DNA from: an uncultured Gammaproteobacteria bacterium
GTDB taxonomy: Bacteria; Pseudomonadota; Gammaproteobacteria; Pseudomonadales; Halieaceae
Assembly (NCBI GenBank): GCA_963844975.1
Contig: CAWJQO010000025.1
Span: 253 to 64,252 of the forward strand
Reading direction: 5' to 3'
Length of the DNA stretch: 64,000 nucleotides
Shown here one piece after another: positions 44,674 through 57,025 of the stretch. Each line of letters starts with the position of its first letter. Within the stretch, counting starts at the first letter, position 1. The notes below the pieces were generated by a model. That model had not been told where the DNA came from. It did no database searches and saw only the letters and a list, made by a program, of their open reading frames with translations. Both the position numbers and the translations under genes were made by a program.

Positions 44674-45331
44674 ATGGTGGCCGTCAGGCATCGGGTCGAA
44701 CTGCTCGAAAAAAATAAGCCGCAGCAGGACAGGGCGAAACGCACTTACGAGCGTATTCTGGCCTCGGCAGCTGAGTTACTGGTTGAAGTTGGCGTGGAGC
44801 GGATATCAACCAATCTGGTCGCCGAGAGGGCACGTATCACTGTGCCGGCTCTTTATCGCTACTTTCCCAATAAATACGCAGTCCTTAATGCGCTTGGTGC
44901 GGCGCTGATGGATAAGCAGAATGCCGTTTTCCAACAGTGGTTTGACAAATACCTCGGGGAGGCGCGATCCGCAGCTGTTGTTGGGCAATATCTATGAACT
45001 GCTCAAGGCAACCTACGATGTCACACGGATGCAAATCGGTGGTTTGGAAGTGGTGCAGGCATTGCGGGCGGTAGCCCCGTTGCAGGAAGTGCGACTTGAA
45101 TCTCACCGGCTGGTAGCCAACCAGTTCGCGATGACCGTGGCGCAGTTGCTCACGCGCCCGGTAGATGAATTGCTCAGGACTCAGGCGCGGCTGTCGATTG
45201 ATACTGGTTACGCTATTGTGGAGATGGCGCTGGAGGATCAATCTCTGCCCACCGACACGATTCTGCGAGAGGGTTCGCGCATGATTGAGTTGTACTGGCA
45301 GGCGGTTTTGACCTCACATCAGGTGCTCTGA
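44674..45331 (+). CDS. TetR/AcrR regulator (frameshift near 44960)
   Basis: PQQDRAKRT...STNLVAERARITVPALYRYFPNK. Confidence 0.9.
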
Positions 45332-45762
45332 TCAGTCCTCTCCCACCACGTCTTCGGCCTGGGGGCCTTTATCGCTCTGGGCGACAATGAAATTAACGCT
45401 TTGGCCATCGCGCAGGCTGCGGCGTCCTTCTCCACGGATAGAGCGAAAATGCACGAAAATTTCTTCGCCGTCGTCTTTGACGATAAAGCCAAATCCCTTG
45501 GTGACGTTAAACCACTTTACCGTGCCATGTTCGCGTGCAGCATCTCCGACACAATAGTCTTGCGAGGGACTTGCTCGGCTTCCGGGTTTAAGGTGCCGGC
45601 TTTTATGCCGAAGATTATTGCTGTGGCGCTCGTGGAAATGAAGAATGCGATTAATAGTAATAGTCGCTGATCAATGTGGTCACCATCAAGTAGAACGCTG
45701 GTTAGTGTTGCGGCGACGGCGGCGATAAACAGACTGATAATCAGCTTGGTAATTAGACTCAT
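45332..45762 (-). CDS. Cold-shock-domain protein with two N-terminal TM helices (frameshift near 45545)
   Basis: Hydrophobic N-terminus; second frame reads EHGTVKWFNVTKGFGFIVKDDGEEIFVHFRSI...GPQAEDV. Confidence 0.85.
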
Positions 45763-45893
45763 CGGTTTCCTCCCAATGGTGCACCGTGTCAGGATTGCAC
45801 GGTTTTAAAAGCCGGGCATTCTAACACCAATGATGCTTAGGGGAATGCTCCGGGAGAAAATAAGCGACACCCGAATCAGGTTCAAGCAGCTGG

Positions 45894-46106
45894 CTAGAGT
45901 TTTAAGACATCCTCGGCTTGCAGACCCTTGGGTCCGTCTACCAGCGTAAATTCCACAGCCTGGCCTTCATTCAGTGTACGAAAACCATCGCCCTGAATGG
46001 ACCTGAAGTGAACAAAAACATCATCTTCACCTTCCTGTCTGGTGATGAAGCCAAAACCCTTGGCGTTGTTGAACCACTTGACGGTACCGCTTTTTCGATC
46101 ACTCAT
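45894..46106 (-). CDS. Cold-shock protein
   Basis: [21 protein letters not shown]. Confidence 0.95.
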   Translation of the reverse strand: MSDRKSGTVKWFNNAKGFGFITRQEGEDDVFVHFRSIQGDGFRTLNEGQAVEFTLVDGPKGLQAEDVLKL

Positions 46107-46196
46107 ACCACTTTCCTCGGATTAACATCTTGCTTTTATTATGCTTGGTACACGCTAACCGGCGACTGCACCAAGATACCTGTCTCATCCTGGCTG

Positions 46197-48969
46197 TCAA
46201 ACTGCGCGGATGCGTTCTAACTGCTCCTGTAATGTTTCCAGCGCCTGCTGTTGCGCTTGCAGTCTTTCCTGCTCCTTCGCCACTACGTCGACGGGCGCCT
46301 TGTCAACAAAGGCAGCGTTACCCAACTTTGCCCCCAGACGAGCCACGTCGCTTTCCAGCTTGCCGATTTCCTTGTTGAGACGAGCAATTTCTGCGTTCTT
46401 GTCAATCAAGCCGGCCATGGGTACCAGTATTTCCAGTTCACCGGCCAGTGCTGTCGCAACCATTGGCACCGCAGCGTCCTGCGGCAACCAGCTTATATCA
46501 GCAAGTTTAGCCAGCTTTTTGAGGTATTGCGAATTTTGTGCCAGCCTGAGTTGATCGTTCTGGTCGCCATTGCGCAGCAGTACCGTAAGCGCTTTGCCTG
46601 GTGGAATGTTCATTTCGCCACGAATATTCCGTATGCCGAGAATCACCGCCTTTAAGCCACACAATATCCTCGTTGGCGCGACTGTCTATGGCGCCTTCTA
46701 TAGGGTGCGGATAGGGTTGCAGCATGATGGTGGGCCCTGACTTTGCCTGCCAGCGGCCCGACGGCCTGCCAGATTTCCTCGGTAATAAATGGCATCAGGG
46801 GGTGTAACAGTCGCAGCCATATCTCCAGCACACGTATCAGGGTCTGCCGCGTGCCGCGCTTCGCTTCGAGTGGGCTGTCCTCATCCCAGAGAATGGGTTT
46901 GGACAGTTCCAGATACCAGTCACAGTACTCGTTCCAGATAAATTCGTACAAGGCCTGACTGGCGAGGTCAAAACGGTAGTTATCGAACGCGCGCGCCACT
47001 TCTGCTGCTGTCTCCTGAACTTTGCCTGTAATCCACCGATCGGCCAGGCTCAATTCCACGGTCGAGCCGTGCTGCGTGCCACAGTCCTCGTTTTCACAGT
47101 TCATCAATACATAGCGTGCCGCGTTCCATATCTTGTTACAGAAGTTCCTGTAGCCCTCGATGCGCCCGATGTCGAATTTGATATCCCGGCCCGTGGAGGC
47201 CAGCGAGTAGTAAGTGAATCTCAGCGCGTCGGTACCATAGGAGCGCAATACCCTCAGGAAACTGCCGGCGTGTGGCTTTCTCAATTTTTGTTGCCAGCTG
47301 TGGCTGCATCATGCCAGCTGTACGTTTGCTGATCAGTTCCTCCAGTGTGATGCCATCAATCAGATCTATAGGGTCGATAACATTGCCCTTGGACTTGGAC
47401 ATCTTCTGACCCTCGCCATCGCGGACCAGGCCGTGCACATACACCGTGTGAAAGGGTACCTCATGGCGAAGATGCAAGGTCATCATGATCATACGTGCGA
47501 CCCAGAAGAAGATAATGTCGAATCCCGTGACCAGCACAGAGGTGGGGTGGAACAGGGCCAGCTCCTCAGTCTCTGCAGGCCAGCCCAGGGTAGAAAAAGT
47601 CCACAGGGCGGAGGAAAACCAGGTATCGAGTACATCCTCATCCTGGCGTAGTGTGATCTCTGTTCCCAGCGCGTGCTCCCGGCGTACGCTTTCCTCGCTC
47701 TCGCCTACATAGAATTTTCCCTCGGGGTCGTACCAGGCGGGAATGCGGTGCCCCCACCACAGTTGTCGGCTGATGCACCAGTCCTGGATATCCCGCATCC
47801 AGGCGAAATAGGTGTTTTCCCACTGCTTGGGTACGAACTGGATATCCCCGTTTTCCACCGCGGCAATGGCTGGTTTGGCCAGTTCCCTGGCATCCACATA
47901 CCACTGGTCTGTGAGGTAGGGCTCGATGACAACACCCGAGCGGTCACCACGCGGGACATTCAAGCGGTGCTCATCGACTTTTTCGAGCAAGCCCCAGGGC
48001 GGCCATATCAGCGACTACCCGCTGGCGCGCCTCGCCACGATCAAGGCCACGGTAGGCCTGTGGCGCAGCATCACTGATGGCCGCGTTGTCGTTGAAGATA
48101 TTGATCATGGGCAGGCCGTGACGGCGCCCCATCTCGTAATCATTAAAATCGTGGGCCGGGGTAATCTTGACACAGCCGGTCCCGAACTCGCGGTCAACAT
48201 ATTCGTCAGCAATCACCGGTATCACCCGATCGCACAGCGGCAGCTGTACCATGCGCCCTATCAGGTGAGAGTAGCGCTCGTCATCGGGGTGAACAGCGAC
48301 CGCGCTATCGCCCAGCATGGTTTCCGGACGGGTGGTGGCGACAGTCAGGTGACCCTCGGCGCCGGCCAGCGGATAGTTGAAGTGCCAGAGGTGGCCCTGT
48401 TCCTCTGTGGAGATTACTTCCAGGTCGGAGATCGCTGTGTGTAGTGCCGGATCCCAGTTAACCAAGCGCTGGCCGCGGTAAATCAGACCCTCACGATACA
48501 GGCGAATAAACACTTCCTGTACTGCTGCGCTGAGCCCGGGATCCATAGTAAAACGCTCACGAGACCAGTCCAGGGAGGAGCCCAGACGCCGTAGCTGGCG
48601 GGTGATGGTGCCGCCTGACTCTTCCTTCCACTGCCAGACTTTTTCCACAAACTTTTCGCGCCCCAGGTCATGGCGACTGATGCCCTGTGCTTCGAGCTGT
48701 CGCTCAACCACCATTTGTGTGGCGATACCAGCGTGATCAGTGCCGACCTGCCACAGGGTGTTGTAACCCAACATACGATGGTAACGAATGAGCGCATCCA
48801 TGATCGCTTCCTGAAAGCCGTGCCCCATATGCAGGCTGCCGGTGACATTAGGAGGCGGGATCATAATGGAGTAAGCCTTCTCTCCACCCTGCGGAGCAAA
48901 GTACCCTTTGGTTTCCCACTCCTGGTACCAGCGGGTTTCAATAGCGAAGGGTTGGAACGTTTTATCCAT
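46197..48969 (-). CDS. valS: Valine--tRNA ligase (frameshifts)
   Basis: [38 protein letters not shown]-terminal coiled coil. Confidence 0.97.
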
Positions 48970-49036
48970 AACTCAGGGAATCCGGAAGACAGTTAACAGT
49001 GTTGCCGCCTGGCAGCGCGGGCCGGCGCGGTCAGGG

Positions 49037-49042
49037 ATTATA
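49037..49042 (-). promoter_or_regulatory. Probable -10 element for valS
   Basis: TATAAT on the minus strand about 70 bp upstream of the start. Confidence 0.4.
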
Positions 49043-49100
49043 CGGGAGTAGGTTCCTGACCGGAATCGCGACCGACGCACTCTGCCGCGGCCGGGCATGC

Positions 49101-49520
49101 CTAGAGATCGTGCTTTTCCAGCTGATAACCGCGTTCCTTGTAAAACTTCCAGGATTCTCGCAGCGCCGCCAGACTGGCTGGCTCCTGCGTGACCACCTCG
49201 GCCACGCGTTGGAAGCGGCTGAAGAAAGGCGGAATCGCCAACTGCAGATTAATCAATAGATCGTTGTGGTGCTCTGGTTCCTGACCCCAGCCGATGCCGA
49301 TAGTATCGGAGTGCTCCTGGCCATGCAGTCCATGCGGCAGAAAACTGGCGGGGCGCAAGCTCCACAGGAGCTCGTCCAACTCGCTGGCCTGTGCTTCATC
49401 GTTGGCATTGATGAAAATGCGATGTCCGCGCTGGAAGGCCTTGTCTGCCAGGCGCACGGCCACCTGCAGGCGCTGGCCCGGCTCTGCGGATTGCACCACG
49501 TAGAACCCCACCAAAGTCAT
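49101..49520 (-). CDS. holC: DNA polymerase III chi subunit
   Basis: LDELLW...SFLPH, LINL, RESWKFYKERGY; lies between pepA and valS. Confidence 0.93.
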   Translation of the reverse strand: MTLVGFYVVQSAEPGQRLQVAVRLADKAFQRGHRIFINANDEAQASELDELLWSLRPASFLPHGLHGQEHSDTIGIGWGQEPEHHNDLLINLQLAIPPFFSRFQRVAEVVTQEPASLAALRESWKFYKERGYQLEKHDL

Positions 49521-49522
49521 CG

Positions 49523-51016
49523 CTAATGGCCCGCCCGGTCCAGCAGGTAACGGGTGAGCAGCGCCACCGGGCGACCAGTGGCGCCTTTCGGTGCGCTGTC
49601 CCAGGCGGAGCCGGCGATATCGAGGTGAGCCCACTGGTAGTCTTGTGTGAAGCGGGACAAAAAGCAGGCTGCGGTGATGCAGCCGCCGTTGGGGCCGCCG
49701 ATATTGGCGAGGTCTGCGAAGTTACTTTTGAGCTGCTCCTGGTAGTCTTCCCACAGTGGCAGTCGCCAGGCGCGGTCGTGAGCCTCGGTACCCGCAGCCA
49801 ATAGTTGCTCCGCCAATGTGTCATCGTTGGCGAACAGTCCCGAGGCGTGGGAGCCCAGTGCTACCACGCAGGCTCCGGTCAGGGTGGCAATGTCGATGAC
49901 CGCCGCTGGCTTGAATCGCGCCGCGTAGGCGAGGGCGTCGCACAGGACCAGTCGGCCCTCGGCATCGGTATTGAGTATCTCGATGGTTTTGCCCGACATG
50001 CTGGTAATCACATCACCGGGCTTGGTAGCGGCGCCACTGGGCATGTTCTCGGCGGCAGCGACGATACCAACGACGTTCAGGGGCAGGGACAGCTCTGAGA
50101 TAGCGCGCAGGGTGCCGAATACGCTGGCGGCACCGCCCATATCAAATTTCATTTCGTCCATTTTGGCGCCGGGCTTCAGGGATATGCCACCACTGTCGAA
50201 GGTTATACCCTTACCTACCAGCACATAGGGTTTATCGCTGGCCTTGGCTCCCCGGTAGTGCATCACGATGAGCTTGGCGGGCTGTGCGCTGCCGGCAGAT
50301 ACACACAGCAGCGCACCCATACCCAACTCCCGCATTTTTTTCTCTTCCAGTACGGTGACGCTCAGTCGAGTCTGGTTGCGGGCGAGTTTGCGGGCGTGCT
50401 GCGCCAAATAAGTGGGTGTGCAGACATTTCCCGGCAGGTTGGCCAGGTTGCGGGCTTCATTCATCCCCAGGCCGATCGCTTTGCCCTCGCGCAAGGCATT
50501 GTTGGCTGTCTGTGGTCGCATCGCGCCGTTGATATTGATAATCAGCCGATGGAGTTTAATGGCCTCCTTCGGCTTGGATACGGTTTCGGTATAGCGATAG
50601 GAGGCCATGGTGAGATGCCGGGCCAGGTAGGCCAGCACCCAGCGCGCTTCCTTGTCTTTCAGTGCTAAACCCGCGAAGTGTAGCGTGGCCTCCGTAGCCT
50701 GTTTGGATTCAAGAGATCGGTACAGGGTCTGGCTAAATTTTCGCGCTGCCTCGCGATCGAATTTCTTTGCCTCGCCACAACCGATTAATAGTATGCGCTT
50801 TGCGGCACCAGTGCCTGGCAGCGTAAGGCTCTCACCTGTTTTGGCCCGAAAGTCTCCCAATGCAAGCGCGGCCTTGATGGCTCCCGCACAGGCCCGGTCG
50901 AGTTGCAGCGCGGCCCCGGTCAGTTTCGTGTTTTGGAACAACGGCAGGATCGCGCACTGCGTGGAGGCAACGGCGACATCCCTCACATCGCGAGCAATGA
51001 ACGTCATGGCAGACAT
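49523..51016 (-). CDS. pepA: Leucyl aminopeptidase
   Basis: VGKGITFDSGG, MKFDMGGA, NTDAEGRL, DIATLTGA. Confidence 0.96.
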   Translation of the reverse strand: MSAMTFIARDVRDVAVASTQCAILPLFQNTKLTGAALQLDRACAGAIKAALALGDFRAKTGESLTLPGTGAAKRILLIGCGEAKKFDREAARKFSQTLYRSLESKQATEATLHFAGLALKDKEARWVLAYLARHLTMASYRYTETVSKPKEAIKLHRLIININGAMRPQTANNALREGKAIGLGMNEARNLANLPGNVCTPTYLAQHARKLARNQTRLSVTVLEEKKMRELGMGALLCVSAGSAQPAKLIVMHYRGAKASDKPYVLVGKGITFDSGGISLKPGAKMDEMKFDMGGAASVFGTLRAISELSLPLNVVGIVAAAENMPSGAATKPGDVITSMSGKTIEILNTDAEGRLVLCDALAYAARFKPAAVIDIATLTGACVVALGSHASGLFANDDTLAEQLLAAGTEAHDRAWRLPLWEDYQEQLKSNFADLANIGGPNGGCITAACFLSRFTQDYQWAHLDIAGSAWDSAPKGATGRPVALLTRYLLDRAGH

Positions 51017-51099
51017 ACAATTTTACCAGTGAACTCAAAGTGCCCTAGTGTATGCCGAGCAGCGCGTAAACTGAACTGAAAAAACAGCCCTGAGCGGCT

Positions 51100-51593
51100 T
51101 TATAGTGGCTTCACGGCTTTTTTTCTCTTCGCCCTGTTTGGGCAACAGGATCAACTGCGTACTGGGAAAGATAGTCATGCCAGTAACGGTTATTGCGATC
51201 GATCAGGCACCACAGATAGCCAAGTCCAAGGCACGCTGCTGACAGGAAGGCGCCGAGGCAGCGCAACAGGGCCTTGCCTGCGGTGGGAGGTCTGCCCTGG
51301 AAGTCCACCAGTTTTATGCGCCATGCCTGCATGCCGAGAGTTTGTCCGCCATGGAGCCAGAAGACACTGAAAAAGCCGACGACACTCACAGCCGTGAGCA
51401 ACTGCACCAGATGGGCATGGAGTACCTGCTGCTCGCCCGCCGTGACCCGCACTACTATCCCCAGGGCCAGTGCGTTGACCACCGCTATCAGAGCCACGAC
51501 CAGGAGCGCATCATAGAGCATGGCGGTCAGGCGACGCGGGAGCGAGGGAGAGAGATTTTTTTCAGGAGCTGTCATCAGCTGTGAGTTTAGCAT
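51100..51593 (-). CDS. RDD-family membrane protein (3' frameshift)
   Basis: RRLTAMLYD, GQTLGMQAWR, WHDYLS. Confidence 0.88.
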
Positions 51594-51673
51594 TATTGCC
51601 GTGGCGTATTAACGAAATGTAAATTGAGGGCCGCTTCCGGTGCGTGCTACATTGACCATCGCTGTAAGGGGTT

Positions 51674-52369
51674 ATGCGCATGAATGTGCTGTTGGTGGAG
51701 GATGACAAACAGGTCGGCGAATTCATCGTCGCCGAGCTGGTTGCTGCGGGCCACTCCTGTGTCCACGCGCTTGATGGGGAGGCCGGTCAGCAGGCGGCTT
51801 CTGACGCCGCCTATGACGTGATGGTGGTCGATCGCATGATGCCGCGGATGGACGGGCTCACGTTGATCAAGACTCTGCGTAAGGCGGGGAATCACACCCC
51901 TGTGCTGGTACTGAGTGCGCTTGGGGAAGTGGATGATCGGGTGCAGGGACTGCATTGTGGTGCGGATGACTATCTGGTCAAGCCATTTGCCATGGCCGAA
52001 TTACTGGCACGACTGGAGGTGCTTCATCGTCGCGTCTCGCTGCCCGGTGCAGACACCCAAACCAGGCTCGTAGTCGCGGATTTATCCATGGACCTGCTGC
52101 GCCAGTACGTGCAGCGTCGGGATACGCCCATTACATTGCAGCCTCGCGAGTACAAGCTGCTGGAATACCTGATGCGTAACGCCGGGCAAGTAGTTACCAG
52201 GGCCATGCTGCTGGAGCATGTATGGGGCTATCATTTTGACCCACAGACCAATGTTATCGATGTGCATGTGTCGCGTCTGCGACAGAAAATTGATAAGGAC
52301 TTCGAGCCTCACCTGCTCGCTACAGTGCGGGGTGCGGGCTACCGGCTCGGCCCTGAATTGGTCGACTGA
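51674..52369 (+). CDS. OmpR-family response regulator
   Basis: LLVEDD, DRMMP, GADDYLVKPF, TNVIDVHVSRLR, TVRGAGY. Confidence 0.95.
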   Translation: MRMNVLLVEDDKQVGEFIVAELVAAGHSCVHALDGEAGQQAASDAAYDVMVVDRMMPRMDGLTLIKTLRKAGNHTPVLVLSALGEVDDRVQGLHCGADDYLVKPFAMAELLARLEVLHRRVSLPGADTQTRLVVADLSMDLLRQYVQRRDTPITLQPREYKLLEYLMRNAGQVVTRAMLLEHVWGYHFDPQTNVIDVHVSRLRQKIDKDFEPHLLATVRGAGYRLGPELVD

Positions 52370-52379
52370 GCGCTATCTT

Positions 52380-53751
52380 GTGCAGATTCGTGAAGTCGTC
52401 AACAGCCTCACTTTTCGTTACATCGTTAAATATGTCATCGTGCTCAGTGCTGCCGTATTCCTGCTGCAGGCTATTTTCTATCTGTATTTCAGCTACACCT
52501 CTTTTAGAGATCTGGGCGATAGCGTGGTGGATGAGCTGGAGACCCTGCAACTGGTTTATCGCGGACAGGCTCTGGAAGGAGTGGAGCAGTATATTGCTGA
52601 TCAGATGGAATCACCGTCCGTTAACCGCTTCTATTATCTGGTGACCGATCAGTCAGGAGCAAAGGTGGCGGGCGATTTACCCGCTGCACCGCGTTACCGC
52701 GAGTTTGACGACGGCTGGCTGGGTTTCGAGATGGCATTGCAGAATTGGGGCAAGTCTATCGATGTGGATTTTCTGGCGCGTCCGATGGCACTTGGTGATG
52801 GCTACCAGGCGATGGTGGCACGTGATTATGCAGATATTGTGGAGCGGGCCAAACTGGTATTTCGCACGCTGGTCAGGGTCATGATCGCGACCGTGATACT
52901 GGGCATCATCGGTGGCTTTTTCAGTGCGTCCCGTGCACTGGATCAGGTCGAGCAGTTGAATCGGGAGATTTCCCGCATAGTGCGCGGAGACCCCGGCCAG
53001 CGGCTCCAGGTAGCGGGCGAGAAGGGCTATATACGAGCCCTGGCAACAGTCATGAACCAGATGCTGGAGCAGATGGAAACCCTTATGCAGGGCGTGCGCA
53101 GGGTCTCTGACAATATTGCCCATGATCTGCGCACACCGCTGACCCGTATGCGTAACAATCTCAGCCAGTTGCGCAACAGACTGGGGCGGCAGGAGGCGGG
53201 GCAACTTGATCGAATCATCGAGGAATGCGATGACCTGTTGTCTTCTTTCAACGCATTGTTGCGAATTTCCGCGCTGGAGTCTGGCAGTCGCCTGGCCGGA
53301 GGGCATGACGTGGAGCTGGGCGCGCTGTTGCGCGACGTCGTGGAACTCTATGAACCACTGGCTCAGGAGCAGGGAGATTGAGTTGGTGCTGGATGCGCCC
53401 CAGCCGCAGCTGTGCAAGGGTGAGGCAGATCTGCTGTTCCAGATGTTCGCCAATATTCTGGACAATGCGATCAAGTATACGTTACCCCGGGGCCAAATCC
53501 GGGTGCAGCTGAGCCCAGCTGCTGCCGGCACTGGTCACAGCGTACTTATCGCTGACTCCGGACCGGGTATTCCGATGGGGGAGCGCAAAAATGTCTTTCG
53601 GCGCTTCTATCGCGTTGAATCCAGTCGCACAGAGCATCCGGGGCATGGACTTGGTTTGAGTCTGGTGCAGGCTATTGCACAGTACCACCATGGCAGTGTG
53701 GAACTGGCCAGCAATAATCCCGGACTGCAGGTCAGGGTGACACTGCCATAG
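52380..53751 (+). CDS. Sensor histidine kinase (frameshift near 53375)
   Basis: Two TM segments, AHDLRTPL, NILDNAIKY, DSGPGI, GHGLGL. Confidence 0.93.
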
Positions 53752-53784
53752 GACTGCAATGCCGGGGCGCTTGCCTGCCTGCGT

Positions 53785-54600
53785 TTACTCTGTCAGCGAA
53801 ATATGGTCGGTGGAGGGGACTGCACCGTGTTCCCGGCTGCGGTATTGCTCCTCCAGCAGTGCGGTCCCGGGGGGCAGTATGGCCAGTGCGGAGAGATCCA
53901 GCTGCAAGGCCGGTGGTTCGGGTGCGGCGCAGTCGCTGAAGTCGGTGCCAGGTGCTGACAGGGCCAGGCCATCGATCACCGGCGATAGCGGCGCGGTAAA
54001 TCTGGGAAGATTGGGGATGGTGTCGCCCGCGTCTGCCCATGCTCAGGTGGCGGGTATCCGGCGCCGCAGGGGGAGGCGGGGCTTCTTCCGACAAGCGCTT
54101 GGCAGCGGTATCCATCGCCAGGCCAGAGGTGTCTACCTCACGGATGACAGGTGCAGGCCCGTTCCTCCTCTCGTAACACCTCGGTTCCCGCTGGAGCGAG
54201 CGCTATGCCTCCCGGCTCAGGTGTCGCTGCCTGGTTTAATGCTTGCGACGCTGCTCCTGAGGCGCCAGAGCTATAGAGGCTGGCATCGGGAGCAGCTGCC
54301 AGTGCCGCAATTTTTTCTGCCGCCGTCATGGTCCGGGCGGGCGCGGTCTTCGGTGGTGACGGCCTCACTATCGGTGAGCTTCACGATCGGTATCGCACCG
54401 GCACGCTCCATGGCCTCCTTATACTGCAGGGCCGTCGCCTTGTCGCAATCGCGTTTGATTAACTGGGCTTTACCGCTGAACAGTTTATCCAGGGTCGCTT
54501 GATCTGCATTGAACACTTTGGCCAGTTTGTCGCGGACGCTGGACCGATCATAGCCTTCCAGCACCTGACCGGCGAAATATACGTTGTAGCGCTCTTCCAT
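53785..54600 (-). CDS. Conserved hypothetical protein with Pro-rich repetitive C-terminus (frameshifted)
   Basis: GAGGAGG RBS; ordered N-terminal domain YNVYFAGQV...KLFSG...YKEAMERAGA; fragments in three frames. Confidence 0.65.
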
Positions 54601-54671
54601 TGGGCGGCCTCCTCACATTTCATGTTCCAGTATAGCCTCTTACCAGCTTCGGGGTCTTGTGGGCCGTGATC

Positions 54672-55370
54672 TCAACCGCCCTGCGCCTGGCGTTCCAGCT
54701 CGATCTTCAGGCTCTCGGTCAAACGCAATTGTCGCGCCAGTTCATCCAGATAGGCGCGCTCCATGAAACTGGTATCGTCGACCATCAGCAAGCTGGCCAG
54801 GTACATTTCGGCCGCAAGTTCGGGCGAAGCGGCGGCTCTCGCCACTTCTGCCGGGTCGAGTGGGCGACGCAGTTCATCTTCAAACCACTGGCGCATCACG
54901 GGGTCGCTCTCCAGTCGCGACAACTCCGCTTCAACCAGGCCCCGTTCGCGCTCGTCCATGTGGCCGTCGGCCTTGGCTGCTGCGATCATGGCTTTGAGCA
55001 TGCCGCGGCTGTGCTCTTCGATTTCGGGAGAAGACAACAGGTTTACCGTGCGCAACGAGGGCGAGGACGACACACTCGTATTCAGGCCCTGTTGCCTGAG
55101 CCTGTTGCGCCTGCCAGTTGCTGAAAGCTCGAAACGCCATTAGCCCCAGTGCTGCTACACCGCCGTATTGCAGTGCTTTGCCGCCAATGCGACGGCCGCC
55201 CTTGCTCCCTAGCAACAGGCCCAGCGCTCCCCCGCGACGGCACCCGTGCCAAACTTGCCCAATCCCGAATCGGGCAGGGTTGCCCCCGCCGTTTTATTGT
55301 TGCCAGTATTGTTATCAAGCATGGACAGGCCAGACTTCAGCAGTTGTTCCAACATGGATTGTGCACTCAT
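54672..55370 (-). CDS. DUF533/YebE (TerB-like) protein (frameshifted)
   Basis: LLLGSKGGR...GGVAALG, AMIAAAKADGHMDERE, EMYLASL, ERAYLDELA. Confidence 0.88.
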
Positions 55371-55566
55371 ATTTCAGATCTCTCCTGACATTTTTGGATT
55401 GTGAGTATCATAGATGGCAAGAGTAACTGAAAGTTCGCCGCCCGACATCATCCCTGGCGTTTCTATTAAATTTTGTCCCGGTGAGTCTATGAGATACCAC
55501 TGTGGATATCTGACCATCGACGGTGGGTTCTGCTAACATGGTGCTCTCGTTACCGTGACACTATCT

Positions 55567-56608
55567 ATGAGCGACCGCGTCCCCACCCGATTCGTACGAA
55601 CCTTGCTACGCATGGTGGGGGACAGGGGTTATGATTTCAGCGCCATTCTCATATGAAGCGGGACTGGATTTCAATCCTCTTGATGAGACTGATCTTGACT
55701 ATCGCGGCGAGATCAGCGCCATGCAGTATTCACGCATTTATCAAAGCGTCCTCAGCCTGCTGCAGGATGAAACCTTCGGCACGACGCGCAGTGAACTGGT
55801 CGCCCCCGGCGCGTTTCGCATGATGTGCTATTGCATTATTTCCTGTCGCAATCTGGGCCAGGCGATTCAGCGCGCTGCTGAGTTTTATCGCACGTTTTTT
55901 GATGAGCGCAGTCAGTTATATGCCAATTTCAGTGACCAGTTTGCGCGCGTTGGTTATCGCACGCGTTTGCGTGAGGGGCACCCTCGCGTGGAAGCGGCAG
56001 ATGCCTACGGATTGTCCATGTGGCATCGCTTTTTTGGCTGGTTGTGCGGACGGCCGATTGAGCTCAAACGCGTGGATTTTACCGGGGACACGCCGCAGCG
56101 CCTGGAGAAATATGAAAGCCTGTTCGGATGTCCCCTCTACTTCAACCAGGCCAATGATCTACTCTACTTCGACAGTGCGTGCCTGGCCTGGCCTGTGGTG
56201 CACACCGAGCACTCACTGCGCGAATTCCTGCGCACGGCTCCCTACCAGTTGTTGATGATGGAGAGCAGTCCGCAGGGCAATAATCTCTCTGCCCAGGTCA
56301 AAGCCATGATAGGACACGATTTTAGTGAGGGGTTTCCAGGGTTTGAAACTATCAGTAACGCCCTGAACATGTCGGCTCCAACCCTCCGGCGCAGGCTGAA
56401 ACGTGAGGGTACGACTTTCCAGCAACTCAAGGACGAAGCACGCTGTGACGCTGCCAAGCTCTGTCTCGACCGGCCGGAGTTGTCGATTAACGAGGTTGCC
56501 CTGCAAATGGGGTTTACTGACCCCAGCGCGTTTCACCGATCTTTCAAGAAATGGACGCTGCAGACGCCGGGACAATTTCGTGCCACCCGGCGCGCGCGCA
56601 AAAGCTGA
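55567..56608 (+). CDS. AraC-family regulator (frameshift near 55650)
   Basis: DETFG...PGAFRMMC; PTLRRRLKREGTTFQQLKD; MGFTDPSAFHRSFKKWT. Confidence 0.92.
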
Positions 56609-56691
56609 GCACTGGCGCTGTCCCCGCTGGTAGACCTTGGCTATAATCCACCCGCATCGATTTTTTGTCTTATCCCTGGCAGGTTTTTTTC

Positions 56692-57016
56692 ATGACAGTG
56701 CAGCAGGAAATTGAACAGCGACTGCAGAGCAGGTTTTCCCCGGTGTTCCTGGACGTTGCCAATGAAAGTCACCAGCACAGCGTGCCACCCAACTCGGAAA
56801 CCCATTTTCGGGTGGTGCTGGTCAGCACGGCTTTCGACGGCAGTTCCAGAGTGGCCCGACATCAGCAGGTCTATGCGGCGCTCGCCCCCCAATTGGAGGG
56901 GCCGGTGCATGCGCTGGCGCTGCATACTCTACTCGCCCGGCGAGTGGCAGCAACGCGAGGGCGACGCGCCGGTTTCACCCCCGTGCCTTGGCGGCAGTAA
57001 AGCCGAGGGTACCTGA
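56692..57016 (+). CDS. bolA: BolA protein (3' frameshift)
   Basis: NESHQHSVPPNSETHF, RVARHQQVY, VHALALH, SPPCLGG; TATAAT at 56642. Confidence 0.92.
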
Positions 57017-57025
57017 GCCTCTGTT

